Of a stretch of DNA of 50,845 nucleotides, positions 1-8,276 are shown piece after piece. The position numbers and the translations under genes are program-made. A model generated the notes under the pieces. That model made no database searches. It had not been told where the DNA came from and saw only the letters and a program-made list of their open reading frames with translations. Position 1 is the stretch's first letter. Each line of letters begins with the position of its first letter. Source of the DNA: Pirellulales bacterium (lineage in GTDB: Bacteria > Planctomycetota > Planctomycetia > Pirellulales > UBA1268); contig JBMLMS010000301.1 in the NCBI GenBank assembly GCA_049243925.1, forward strand, positions 1-50,845, given 5' to 3'.

Positions 1-1307
1 GCCTGCCCATGGACTACCGCTGCTACACGGTCAAAAACGAGTGGCTTTCCTTCCGCGAAGATGTGCTGCGCGACTTCGACCACGCCATCGCCTGGGGCGA
101 GAAGTATGGTCTCCATGTCACGCTCGCGCTGCATCGCGCTCCGGGATACTGCGTGAACCCTCCCCCGGAGGCGAAGGACCTGTGGTCGGACGACGAGGCC
201 CTGGCCGCCTTCACCGCCCATTGGGAGATGTTTGCCCGGCGCTACCAGAGCGTGCCGGCATCCCGGCTCAGCTTCAACCTGGTCAACGAACCCAGCGGCA
301 CCACCCCCGAGAACGTGGTGCGCGTCTACCGCCATGTGGTGGCGGCCATTCACCGGGTGACCCCGGATCGGGTCGTCTTTCTCGACGGGGTGGATGGCGG
401 CGGCAAAACCCTTCCCGAACTCGCAAGCCTTCCCAACGTGGTCCAATCGGGCCGCGGATATTTTTCTCCCGTCACCTTCTACCGCGCCAGTTGGCGCGAT
501 GTGTCGAGGGAGTTCATGCCCACGCCCTCCTGGCCCGTGCGGCCGGCGGTCAATGCGTTTCTCTACGGCCCCTTCTGGGAGAAGGACGGCCTCAACCGAC
601 CGCTGGTGCTCCGCGGGTCGTTCCCGGCACAGACCCTCCTGGATGTGCGCGTGCTTATTGTCTCCACCAGCGCCACGCTCGTCGTCAAGGCCGACGGCAA
701 GCCCGTGTTTGAAAAACGCTTCGAGCCCAAAGACGGCGTCGGCGAGTGGGCGCAGGCGGTCTATGCCCCGAAGTGGCGCATCTACCAGAACGTCTACAAC
801 CACGTGTACACAATCGTGCTCCCGGTCGCCGCGAAGGAGATTTCCCTCGAGCTCACCGATGGCGACTGGCTGCGATTCACCGAACTCGGCCTGACGCTTC
901 CCGGGAGGGACCGGCGGGTGCTCCCCGGCGATTCCACGCCGCGCCGCACACAGCAACCCTATGACCTGTCGCCCGATGGGGCGCTCATTTCTCCCCCCGA
1001 CTTCGACGGCTTGGCCCCGCTGGCCGGGATCTTCGCGCCGCTCCGCGAGGTGAAGGCCGCCGGAGGGGCCGTCTTCATGGGGGAATTTGGGTGCTACAGC
1101 AAAACCCCTCACGACGTCATGCTCGCCTACACGCAGAGCCTTCTCGAGCGGTGCAAGGCCGACGGGATCGGCTGGGCGATGTGGAATTTCCGCGGGGAGT
1201 TCGGCGTGCTGGACAGCAACCGCTCCGACGTGGCCTACGAAGCGTTCAAGGGCCATAAGCTCGACCGCAAGCTCATGGACATTCTCAAGCGGTGCGCCGC
1301 CCCCTGA
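1..1307 (+). CDS. Glycoside hydrolase family 5 (cellulase/mannanase-like), 5' end cut by window edge
   Basis: ORF 9..1307. The frame stays open back to nt 3 (..LP-MDYRCY resembles the GH5 RLPMDY strand), so the ATG at 9 is probably internal. FNLVNEP (acid/base Glu) and FMGEFGCY (nucleophile Glu) occur in GH5 order. Confidence 0.8.
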   Translation, partial: LPMDYRCYTVKNEWLSFREDVLRDFDHAIAWGEKYGLHVTLALHRAPGYCVNPPPEAKDLWSDDEALAAFTAHWEMFARRYQSVPASRLSFNLVNEPSGTTPENVVRVYRHVVAAIHRVTPDRVVFLDGVDGGGKTLPELASLPNVVQSGRGYFSPVTFYRASWRDVSREFMPTPSWPVRPAVNAFLYGPFWEKDGLNRPLVLRGSFPAQTLLDVRVLIVSTSATLVVKADGKPVFEKRFEPKDGVGEWAQAVYAPKWRIYQNVYNHVYTIVLPVAAKEISLELTDGDWLRFTELGLTLPGRDRRVLPGDSTPRRTQQPYDLSPDGALISPPDFDGLAPLAGIFAPLREVKAAGGAVFMGEFGCYSKTPHDVMLAYTQSLLERCKADGIGWAMWNFRGEFGVLDSNRSDVAYEAFKGHKLDRKLMDILKRCAAP

Positions 1308-1314
1308 AATTCCC

Positions 1315-1512
1315 TCACGGCTTTTCGGCCACGACCTTGCCATCACGCCAGACGTACACGGCCGTGCCGTGCATGCGAGCAAGCCGGCGGGCCGTTCGGG
1401 CCGATCGTCGCAGCGCACGGCCGACAGCCTCGGCGAAACTCTTTGACGACTGCGCGGCAGGCCCTGAGGACGCTGCCGCGCCGGCGGGCTCTTGCTTGCG
1501 GGGCTTCTTCAT
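1315..1512 (-). CDS. Small basic protein translationally coupled to the zeta-like ATPase (possible partner/antitoxin)
   Basis: 65-aa ORF. Its ATG overlaps the upstream gene's TGA (ATGA at 1509-1512). I recognise no domain; the call rests on coupling and position only. Confidence 0.4.
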   Translation of the reverse strand: MKKPRKQEPAGAAASSGPAAQSSKSFAEAVGRALRRSARTARRLARMHGTAVYVWRDGKVVAEKP

Positions 1513-2033
1513 GCGGATCGCTCCAGCAATCGTGGTGTTGCACCAGAAGTATCATACACGGCCCAGGCGTGCATCAGTGACCTGTAGGCGTTGTGGAAAT
1601 TCGCCCAACCTCGATCAAATCGCCGCAGTACGTCTTCGCGTGGCACGTCGTGCCCGCCCTGCCGAACCCGGGTGGCGATCCTGCGCATGGCCACGGCCGG
1701 CGACGACAGCCGCAGGAAGATCATTTCCAGGCGGTATCCGGCTTCTCTCCAGCGACGGAGCCGGGCCAGATGCGCTCGGCCGCTCAGTGTTGTTTCGAAC
1801 GCGAAATTTTCCCTGGAGGCCGCCAGCCTTTCGAGTTCCGCAACAAAAATTCGTCCGGCCGCAATGGCGGCAGACTGAGGTCGCAAGGGGGCAAGCCCAC
1901 CGGCGATCAGGTCTGCATTCACGAAGTGAATCACGCCGGCATCGCCGGGCAGATACTCCCGTGCAAACGTCGTCTTGCCGGACCCGTTGGGGCCGGCAAT
2001 GACGATGCATCGGGGAGGATGGGGACGGTGCAT
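1509..2033 (-). CDS. Zeta-toxin-like / AAA-family P-loop kinase
   Basis: Walker A IAGPNGSGKTTFA near the N terminus. Size (~174 aa from ATG 2033) and layout match zeta/COG4185-type ATPases. The ORF track extends to 2060, but MHRPHPP at 2033 is the more likely start. Confidence 0.7.
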   Translation of the reverse strand: MHRPHPPRCIVIAGPNGSGKTTFAREYLPGDAGVIHFVNADLIAGGLAPLRPQSAAIAAGRIFVAELERLAASRENFAFETTLSGRAHLARLRRWREAGYRLEMIFLRLSSPAVAMRRIATRVRQGGHDVPREDVLRRFDRGWANFHNAYRSLMHAWAVYDTSGATPRLLERSA

Positions 2034-2062
2034 GATCGACCGCCGTAGAGAATACCCCACTT

Positions 2063-3298
2063 TCAGCTTGTGCGGCCACTGGTGCGGTAGGTGCCGGGCG
2101 TGATGCCGAAGTGCTTCTTGAACGCCTCGGCCATGTATTGCGGGTGTTCGAAGCCGCAGCGGTTGGCGATTGCGGCCAGCGACAGCTCCGTCTCAGTGAG
2201 CAGCTGCTTCACGCGGTTGAACCGCAGCCGGATGATCTCCTCCCCCGGCGTCCGCCCGATCGCCTGCCGCATCCGCCGCTCGAGCAGCGTGCGCGAGAGG
2301 CCGGCATGCTTGACGACGTCGGCCACGTTGATGCCGTGGCAGGCGTGCTCGCGGATGTAGCGCACGGCGCTCACCACGTGCGGGTCGTCGATCGCCATGA
2401 TGTCGCTCGACTGGCGCACCACGAGCCCCGCGGGCGGCACAAGGATGGGGCCGGCGGGTTTCAGCGTGCCCGCCATCAGCCGGTCGAGCAGTGCGGCCGC
2501 CTCGTAGCCCACCCGCTCGCCATCGAAGGCCACGCTCGAAAGCTGCGGCCGAGCCATGGTGCAGAGCGTCTCGTCGTTCTCGGCCCCGACCACGGCCACC
2601 TCCTCGGGCACGGCCACGCCCGCGCGGCGGCAGGCGTCGAGCAGCCAGAAGGCGAGCTGATCGGTGCAGGCGAAAATGCCCACGGGCTTGGGCAGCGACG
2701 CCACCCACCGGGCCACGTCGGCCTGATGCCGCTCCCAGTTGGCGGGCCGCTCGCCGCGGTTGGGGGCATGATGCTCGCTGCAGGTGTGGCCGCGGGCGGC
2801 CAGATGCGCGCGGAAGTTGTCGCGACGCTCCTCGAAATACTGCTCCGTGTCGAGGTCGAAGACGGCGAAGTTCGTAAACCCGTTGTCGATGAAGTGGTCG
2901 GCGACGAGCCGGCCGATGTCGCGGTTGTCGCAGCCCACGAAGGGGAGCCCGTGGGCGATCTTCGACGCCCGCAGTTCCACGCCCGGCAGCCGGGTGGCGG
3001 CGATCGCCTCGGCCATCGTGGCCGAGCCCGTGCGGGCGATGATGCCGTCGCCCTGCCACGAGGAGAGCCAGCGGGGCACCTGCGAATCGAGCGCCCGCAG
3101 TTCGAGGAACAGCGACCAGTGCTCGTGCTCGGCGAGGTAGCGGTGGATGCCCTTGAGCAGGTCGCGGCCATAGGTCCGCGAGGTCTCCACGAGCAGGGCC
3201 ACGTGCTTCGTCGCCCGCACGGGGCGATCCCGTGCCGTAGCAGCCCGCGACGTGCCGGCGTCCTGCGGCGTGCCCACCGTTTTTTCGAGCTGTTGCAT
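2063..3298 (-). CDS. XylR-like regulator (periplasmic-binding-protein-like sugar sensor domain + AraC HTH)
   Basis: LacI/PBP-like body (ALLVETSRTYGR.., IFACTDQLAFWLL, VAVVGAENDE) is followed by an AraC-type double HTH (GLSRTLLERRMRQ..., IANRCGFEHPQYMAEAFKKHFGITPGTYR). ATG at 3298 gives 411 aa. The ORF is open up to 3445. Confidence 0.85.
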   Translation of the reverse strand: MQQLEKTVGTPQDAGTSRAATARDRPVRATKHVALLVETSRTYGRDLLKGIHRYLAEHEHWSLFLELRALDSQVPRWLSSWQGDGIIARTGSATMAEAIAATRLPGVELRASKIAHGLPFVGCDNRDIGRLVADHFIDNGFTNFAVFDLDTEQYFEERRDNFRAHLAARGHTCSEHHAPNRGERPANWERHQADVARWVASLPKPVGIFACTDQLAFWLLDACRRAGVAVPEEVAVVGAENDETLCTMARPQLSSVAFDGERVGYEAAALLDRLMAGTLKPAGPILVPPAGLVVRQSSDIMAIDDPHVVSAVRYIREHACHGINVADVVKHAGLSRTLLERRMRQAIGRTPGEEIIRLRFNRVKQLLTETELSLAAIANRCGFEHPQYMAEAFKKHFGITPGTYRTSGRTS

Positions 3299-3437
3299 GG
3301 CCGCGTCCCCGTCCGTCGATCCTCGACCAATCCTATCCTGGCCAGATGGTCGCGGCGACTCGTCTGGCACGATGCGAGCTACGGTCTGGTCTGGAAGCGA
3401 CCCGAGTTCCTTGGTGGCGGATCTTCCGATCCGCACC

Positions 3438-3647
3438 TCATGCACGGCGTCGGCCTTTCTTCAGGCGCCCGGACTTTTCAAGCCGGGCGCGAACCGTTGC
3501 CCAGCTTTCACTGGTTTCGCGCTCCCGCGACCGCGCGGTGGCGACATCGAGGATGTCCTCCCAGAAACCGCGGCCTTGCCGGAGGTCGATCATCACCCCG
3601 GTGCGCTGGCCGCGTTCATCGAACAGGAATTTGACGCCGCGAATCAT
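3438..3647 (-). CDS. Orphan antitoxin-like small protein
   Basis: MIRGVKFLFDERGQRTGVMIDLRQ..WEDILDVATARSRERETSESW..L has the pattern of short type II antitoxins (beta-strand, then an acidic WED helix). No intact toxin lies next to it. Confidence 0.4.
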   Translation of the reverse strand: MIRGVKFLFDERGQRTGVMIDLRQGRGFWEDILDVATARSRERETSESWATVRARLEKSGRLKKGRRRA

Positions 3648-3726
3648 GGCCAGGCACCAATGAAACCGTGAGTGAACGACCGCCGCGTAAAGTGTAGGCA
3701 AAACTCCTCCGGCACGCACGTGCGAT

Positions 3727-3757
3727 CAAAAAACAAAAAATGAGCCGTCGCCACGGC
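3727..3757 (-). terminator. Candidate intrinsic terminator after the EPS operon
   Basis: On the minus strand, GCCGT-ggcg-ACGGC (3744-3757) is followed by TCATTTTTTGTTTTTTG (plus-strand A-tract 3727-3740). A T-run like this is rare in a GC-rich window, but the stem is only 5 bp. Confidence 0.35.
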
Positions 3758-3789
3758 GGGGACGAGCAACACCCGAGGCCGCAGGCGAA

Positions 3790-3903
3790 CTACCGAGCGA
3801 ACATTTCCTGCAGGACGTCCAAGACCCGCTGGGCCGTCGGGGCGTCGATGCGGCCGAGTTTCTTGACGAGTCGAGTCTGGTCGACCGTGCGAATCCCCCT
3901 TGG
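3790..3903 (-). pseudogene. C-terminal remnant of a MazF/PemK-type toxin
   Basis: The translation ends ..GIRTVDQTRLVKKLGRIDAPTAQRVLDVLQEMFAR*, which matches the conserved MazF/PemK C terminus (IRTvDk.RL...G.l). Only ~57 codons fit between this stop and the GT2 stop at 3963, so the toxin cannot be full length. Confidence 0.3.
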
Positions 3904-3962
3904 CGGCCATGGTGCGGAAGGCTTCCGCCCAGAGGAAAAAGGTGGGCAGTCGCCTTTTTCGT

Positions 3963-5522
3963 TTATGCGGGCCAGGTCAGCTTCTTCCCCGTGTTCTTTG
4001 TGAACCAATCTGGCCACAGGCCCACCATCGTGGGCCGTAGCAGGCATACGACCACCCAGCTGCACCAGAAGACATGAATCGCCAGATAGCTGGGCCGGTC
4101 CATGTAATGAAGTAATCCATACACGATCGCCGTTAGCGACAGTCCGATCAGCAACAGGTTGGGCGCCAGGGCGAGCATGCGGGCGAGGAGGTTGATGTCT
4201 CGCCCGATCTTGGTGTTCACCCGGTAGGCCGGCCGCTGCTGCGGATGGACCAGGGCCGTGAAGATGGCAACGAGGTAGACGAACCAGAGGCCCGACTGAA
4301 CCTGAAACGATTTCATGTCCTGTTTGTGGTTCGTCATGGACGAGTTCATCCAGCGCATCAGGGCGAGATACGGCATCCGGTAGGCGAAAAAAAGCCAGAT
4401 CGGCGCCGACAGAACGAACTCGCCGGTGAACAAACCCCAGATGGGCATCACGAAGAAGATCGGGTAGGCGATCCCGAACATGATGTAGTGATAGCCAAAA
4501 TGGAAGTAGCAGACCTTCTGATGCCAGCTGAGCCCCTTGCGGAAGAAGGGATTGTCCCAGAACAGAATTCTCACCGAGTCGGTCGCCCACTGTCGCCGCT
4601 GCTGTTGCTGCGCGAAGATATCGCTCGGCGCCGTCCCCTGGGTGAGGGCAAACGGGTAATAGACGGAATGCCACCCCTTGTCCTCGAGCAGCATGGAGCT
4701 GTGAAGATCCTCCACCAGGCTCCATTCGCAGAATCCTCCGATGTCCTCCAGCGCCTTGCGGCGATAGATCACCCCGCTTCCGCAGGAGATGGAGGCGTTG
4801 AAGGCGTTCTTGCTGATCTGCATCGACTCGTAGAACACGGTGTCGCGGTTCCCCCAGGGGTCGCCTTCGGGAACACAAAACGACTGCCGGCTGCCGACGA
4901 AACCGATCTCGGGAATCTGAAAGTAGCCGATCATCCGGCGAATGACGTCCGAGTGCGGCACCTGGTCCGCATCCAAGGTCATGACAAACGGGGCCGACGT
5001 GATCCGCAGCCCGTGGTTGAGGTTTCCCCCCTTGGCTGAAATGCGTTCCGGGCGGGTTGTGTAGTGGAATCCCAACTGTGTCGCGAGCGCTTTCACCTCC
5101 TCGGAGGGGCCGTCGTCGAGAACCGTGACCTGCAGATGGGGGTAGTCGATTTTGGCGGCGGCTTCGAAGGCGGGGCGGACCACCTCCATCGGCTCCCTGC
5201 AGACCGTGATCAGCAGATCGACGTCCGGCGGATCGCCTTTCCAATCCATGCCTTCCACGGGATGAAGCCGCTGCTCCGACAGCATGTCGCCCCACACGAG
5301 CACGCACACGAAGCAGATCAACTCGGCCACGAGAAACGTGCTGGCAGCCACGGGGTGCTTCCAGTCCGTCACCGTGATCAACCAGTGAAGGTAGACCAGC
5401 CCCGCAACAACGGTGAGAACGTAGAGCACCCGATTGCAACGAGCGGCGCGGGTGAGTGCGGCGTCGTGATACCGTCTCGCCCGGCCTTCAGGAGCGGCGG
5501 TTGCTTCAGTAACGGCGGTCAT
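3963..5522 (-). CDS. Processive family-2 glycosyltransferase, cellulose-synthase-like (BcsA/CrdS-like core, no PilZ)
   Basis: N-terminal TM helices come first. The motifs then run in order: VLDDG, KGGNLNHGL, TLDADQVP, SCGSGVIYRR, SLVEDLHSS (TED-like), QQRRQWA (QxxRW), several C-terminal TM helices, and YRVNTK (compare the FxVTxK gating loop). The start is either 5522 (MTAVTE) or 5549. Confidence 0.85.
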   Translation of the reverse strand: MTAVTEATAAPEGRARRYHDAALTRAARCNRVLYVLTVVAGLVYLHWLITVTDWKHPVAASTFLVAELICFVCVLVWGDMLSEQRLHPVEGMDWKGDPPDVDLLITVCREPMEVVRPAFEAAAKIDYPHLQVTVLDDGPSEEVKALATQLGFHYTTRPERISAKGGNLNHGLRITSAPFVMTLDADQVPHSDVIRRMIGYFQIPEIGFVGSRQSFCVPEGDPWGNRDTVFYESMQISKNAFNASISCGSGVIYRRKALEDIGGFCEWSLVEDLHSSMLLEDKGWHSVYYPFALTQGTAPSDIFAQQQQRRQWATDSVRILFWDNPFFRKGLSWHQKVCYFHFGYHYIMFGIAYPIFFVMPIWGLFTGEFVLSAPIWLFFAYRMPYLALMRWMNSSMTNHKQDMKSFQVQSGLWFVYLVAIFTALVHPQQRPAYRVNTKIGRDINLLARMLALAPNLLLIGLSLTAIVYGLLHYMDRPSYLAIHVFWCSWVVVCLLRPTMVGLWPDWFTKNTGKKLTWPA

Positions 5523-8262
5523 AGCTGAGCACGAAGTTGAGCGCATCATACGACCCGGCCGACTTGCTCTGCCGGGTGAGGCCGCGGTTCTGGGTGAAGT
5601 AACGGGCGTCGAATCGCAGCACGCTCAACGGGCTTTCCAACTGCTGCCTGGCGAACAGGAAGAGGCCGACGCCGAGCCCGCTGTTTTCGAGGATCTGGTA
5701 GAGATGTCCCTCGCCGCCGACGTCGAGACGTTCCCGTGGCTTGCCCGACATTTCGAGATTGTAGGAAATGACGTCGAGGGCCGCGGGGGAATAGTAGGCG
5801 GGTGTGATGGTGCCGCCCGGCACCTGCTGGAAGAGCGGGGCGTCTTGGGCGAGGGCGAGGAAGTACCAGGCGACACTCGCGCGGGTGCGGATGGGACCGC
5901 CGGGCCTGAACTCGTAGCTGGACTCCACGAAATTGTCCTGGAACAGATTGCCGTCGGAGAACGAGGCCACGCGCGACCGCCCGTAGAGCGTCCACCCCGC
6001 CCAGGGCCGGACGCGCATGTGCAGCGAGCCCTGTGTGCTCGAGATCTTCTCCCCCACGCCGCCGATCGTGGTGACGATGTCGTAGATGCCGATCCCGAAC
6101 GGCGGCTGGAAGTCGATGAGATTGAAGTATTCCGCGCCGCCGCCGATGTCGAGCCAGTGGGTCGGGAAGAACTCCGTCGACAATCCACCCACGGGACTCA
6201 CCCAGTTGTTCGTGTAACCGTTGATGCCGAGGCGGGCGTGCGTGGCCACCCAGTCCTGCGGTCGGTGATTCACGTCGACGAGCGCTCCCTGTCGGTCGAT
6301 GCTCGAGAATCCAGACTGCGTGAAGATGGAATTGACGAGCGCCGGCCGGACTTCCGTCTCTGGCGTGGGATGGAAGTAGCCATCGAGGCCGAAGTCGTGC
6401 TCGAAGTAGCCGAGCGAATTCGAGTAAGTGGCGTAGTCGGCCCCGATCCCAGGGTCGGTCAGTTCTGCGAAGAGGTCTGTCCGCGACGTCCAGTCGAGGC
6501 TCCGCTCCAGTGGCATCCAATTGCCGAGCAGGGCGTCGCTACTGCCTAGTTCACCACGCCGCATGCGGCACTCCGCCAGCCCGTGGGCCGCCTCCTCGAG
6601 GTAGGGAGCTCGACTCAGCACGTAGGCATAGCCGTCGCGCCCGGGGCCGAACTGGCCTCTGTAATGCTCCGCCCGCGCCCGGGCCAGAATGGCCAGCGTC
6701 GACGCCTGATCCCGAGTGTGCATCCGGTCCACTGCGTCGAGGGCCGCCCGCCGATTGACAAGCCGCGCCTCCACACGCGACCGTTCGAGCAGAATCCGCG
6801 CGTCCCGCGGGCGGGCCTGCTCTGCCGCGATCAGTATCCCACGGGCCCGATTGAGCATGTTGCGGTCGGCCGCCACCTTGCTGCGTTCGAAAAGAATCGC
6901 CGGGTTGTCGGGATGCTTTTCGAGCAGCCGGCCATACGCCGCGTCTGCTTCTGCCGACCGCTGCGACCAGACATAGGCCCGAGCCAGCCGCAGCTCCAGC
7001 GGACCGTTCGTGGGATCCGCGGCCAGCGCCTTCTCCAGACGCGGGATGCCTTCCGCAAATTCGCCGGCATCGACCAGCGCGCCGCCGAGCTGCTCGTCGG
7101 TGCCGTTTCTGGCCTTGGCGATCTGGCTCTGGTCGAATGCCCGTTTGGCAGCCTTTTCTTCCTGGCCGGCGGGGCCCCGCAGGCCGAGTTCCCGCTCGAC
7201 GTGACGGGCTGCCCGCTCCACGGCGGCGGGCTGTTCCGACTTCGGCGCAGCCCGCCGGAGCACGTCGAGGCATTCCTCGTCGTGGAATCCGTTCAAAAAG
7301 AAAAACCAGGCGGTATGCTCGGCGACGCCCGAGGCGTCGGGGGTTTCCCTGAGCGCCTGCCGAAAGAGATCACGGGCCTCGTAGATGAGCAGAAGCTTTT
7401 CAGCCTTCTCGCCCCGGTCAAAGGCGGTGTCTACCGCCGGTAATGGCTTGGGGGCCGGCAATTCCTCTGGCGGGGCCGCGGCTGGTTTCTCCTTGGCGGC
7501 TGCGGCCAGTTCGGCGATCTTCGCCTCGACGTTCACCTGCTCTCGCGCGATCCGTGGGTCATGAGGCCTTGCCTTGTCGGCGGCGGCGAGGAGCGACCGG
7601 GCCCGCTCGACATTCCCCCGGCCCGCGGCCACCTGGCTGCTTTCAAGGAGCAGGGCGGGGTTGTCGGGATATTGTCCGAGGAGTTTTTCGTAGGCGGCAT
7701 CCGCCTGCGGCAATTGCTGCGACCAGACGTAGGCCCGTGCCAGCCGGAGCGAGAGCGGGCCGTTCGTGGGATCGGCGGCCAACGCTTTTTCCAGCAGGGG
7801 AACTCCCCTCGCAAAATCACCCGCATCGACGAGAGCCCCGCCCAGTTGCTCGTCGCTGCCCTCGGCCGCCCGCTTGATCACAAGATCGTGAAACGTCCTC
7901 GCTGCTTCCTGTTCCTCGTCGTCAGCCGGCCCCCGCTGGCCCAGTTTTCGCTCGATAAACCGGGCCGCCCGTTCCATGGCCGCGGGCTCCTGCGACTGCG
8001 GCGCCGCCCGCCGCAGTAGATCCCGGCACTCCTCGTCGTGAAACCCGTTGAGGAACAGAAACCAGGCGGTGTGCTCGGCCACGCCCGGCGCGTCGGGAGT
8101 CTCCAGGAGCGCCTGACGGAAGAGATCGCGGGCTTCGTCGATCCGCAATTCGCTTTCAGCCTGCAACCCGCGTTCAAAGGTCGCGGCCGCCTCCGCCGCC
8201 GCGCCGTTGAACGTGAACGACAGCACGCCAAGCCAGAGGATGGCAATCAGGCTGCGCGTCAT
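5506..8262 (-). CDS. TPR-repeat protein with C-terminal outer-membrane beta-barrel (BcsC/PgaA-like exporter)
   Basis: Signal peptide MTRSLIAILWLGVLSFTFNGAAAEA (ATG 8262). About 550 aa of TPR-like helical repeats follow. The last ~330 aa are rich in alternating aromatic/Gly residues and end ..LSYDRRY* with a terminal aromatic, as in OMP barrels. Confidence 0.75.
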   Translation of the reverse strand: MTRSLIAILWLGVLSFTFNGAAAEAAATFERGLQAESELRIDEARDLFRQALLETPDAPGVAEHTAWFLFLNGFHDEECRDLLRRAAPQSQEPAAMERAARFIERKLGQRGPADDEEQEAARTFHDLVIKRAAEGSDEQLGGALVDAGDFARGVPLLEKALAADPTNGPLSLRLARAYVWSQQLPQADAAYEKLLGQYPDNPALLLESSQVAAGRGNVERARSLLAAADKARPHDPRIAREQVNVEAKIAELAAAAKEKPAAAPPEELPAPKPLPAVDTAFDRGEKAEKLLLIYEARDLFRQALRETPDASGVAEHTAWFFFLNGFHDEECLDVLRRAAPKSEQPAAVERAARHVERELGLRGPAGQEEKAAKRAFDQSQIAKARNGTDEQLGGALVDAGEFAEGIPRLEKALAADPTNGPLELRLARAYVWSQRSAEADAAYGRLLEKHPDNPAILFERSKVAADRNMLNRARGILIAAEQARPRDARILLERSRVEARLVNRRAALDAVDRMHTRDQASTLAILARARAEHYRGQFGPGRDGYAYVLSRAPYLEEAAHGLAECRMRRGELGSSDALLGNWMPLERSLDWTSRTDLFAELTDPGIGADYATYSNSLGYFEHDFGLDGYFHPTPETEVRPALVNSIFTQSGFSSIDRQGALVDVNHRPQDWVATHARLGINGYTNNWVSPVGGLSTEFFPTHWLDIGGGAEYFNLIDFQPPFGIGIYDIVTTIGGVGEKISSTQGSLHMRVRPWAGWTLYGRSRVASFSDGNLFQDNFVESSYEFRPGGPIRTRASVAWYFLALAQDAPLFQQVPGGTITPAYYSPAALDVISYNLEMSGKPRERLDVGGEGHLYQILENSGLGVGLFLFARQQLESPLSVLRFDARYFTQNRGLTRQSKSAGSYDALNFVLSYDRRY
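6760..8178 (-). repeat. In-frame tandem duplication (period 756 nt / 252 aa) inside the TPR gene
   Basis: Copy 1 starts at F-E-R-G (8178) and copy 2 at F-D-R-G (7422). Long shared blocks include EARDLFRQAL.ETPDA.GVAEHTAWF.FLNGFHDEEC, DEQLGGALVDAG.FA.G.P.LEKALAADPTNGPL.LRLARAYVWSQ and HPDNPA. Confidence 0.85.
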
Positions 8263-8276
8263 GCGTGTGACTTTGG

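Noticed and set aside
2111-3634. 507-aa plus-strand ORF
   Set aside because: It is antisense to the motif-rich XylR-like gene. The translation is Arg/Gly/His/Pro-rich with no recognisable motif, which is typical of shadow ORFs in high-GC DNA.
3790-5439. 549-aa minus-strand ORF
   Set aside because: It overlaps the GT2 gene out of frame. Only its final ~37 codons, downstream of the GT2 stop, resemble anything (the MazF C terminus).
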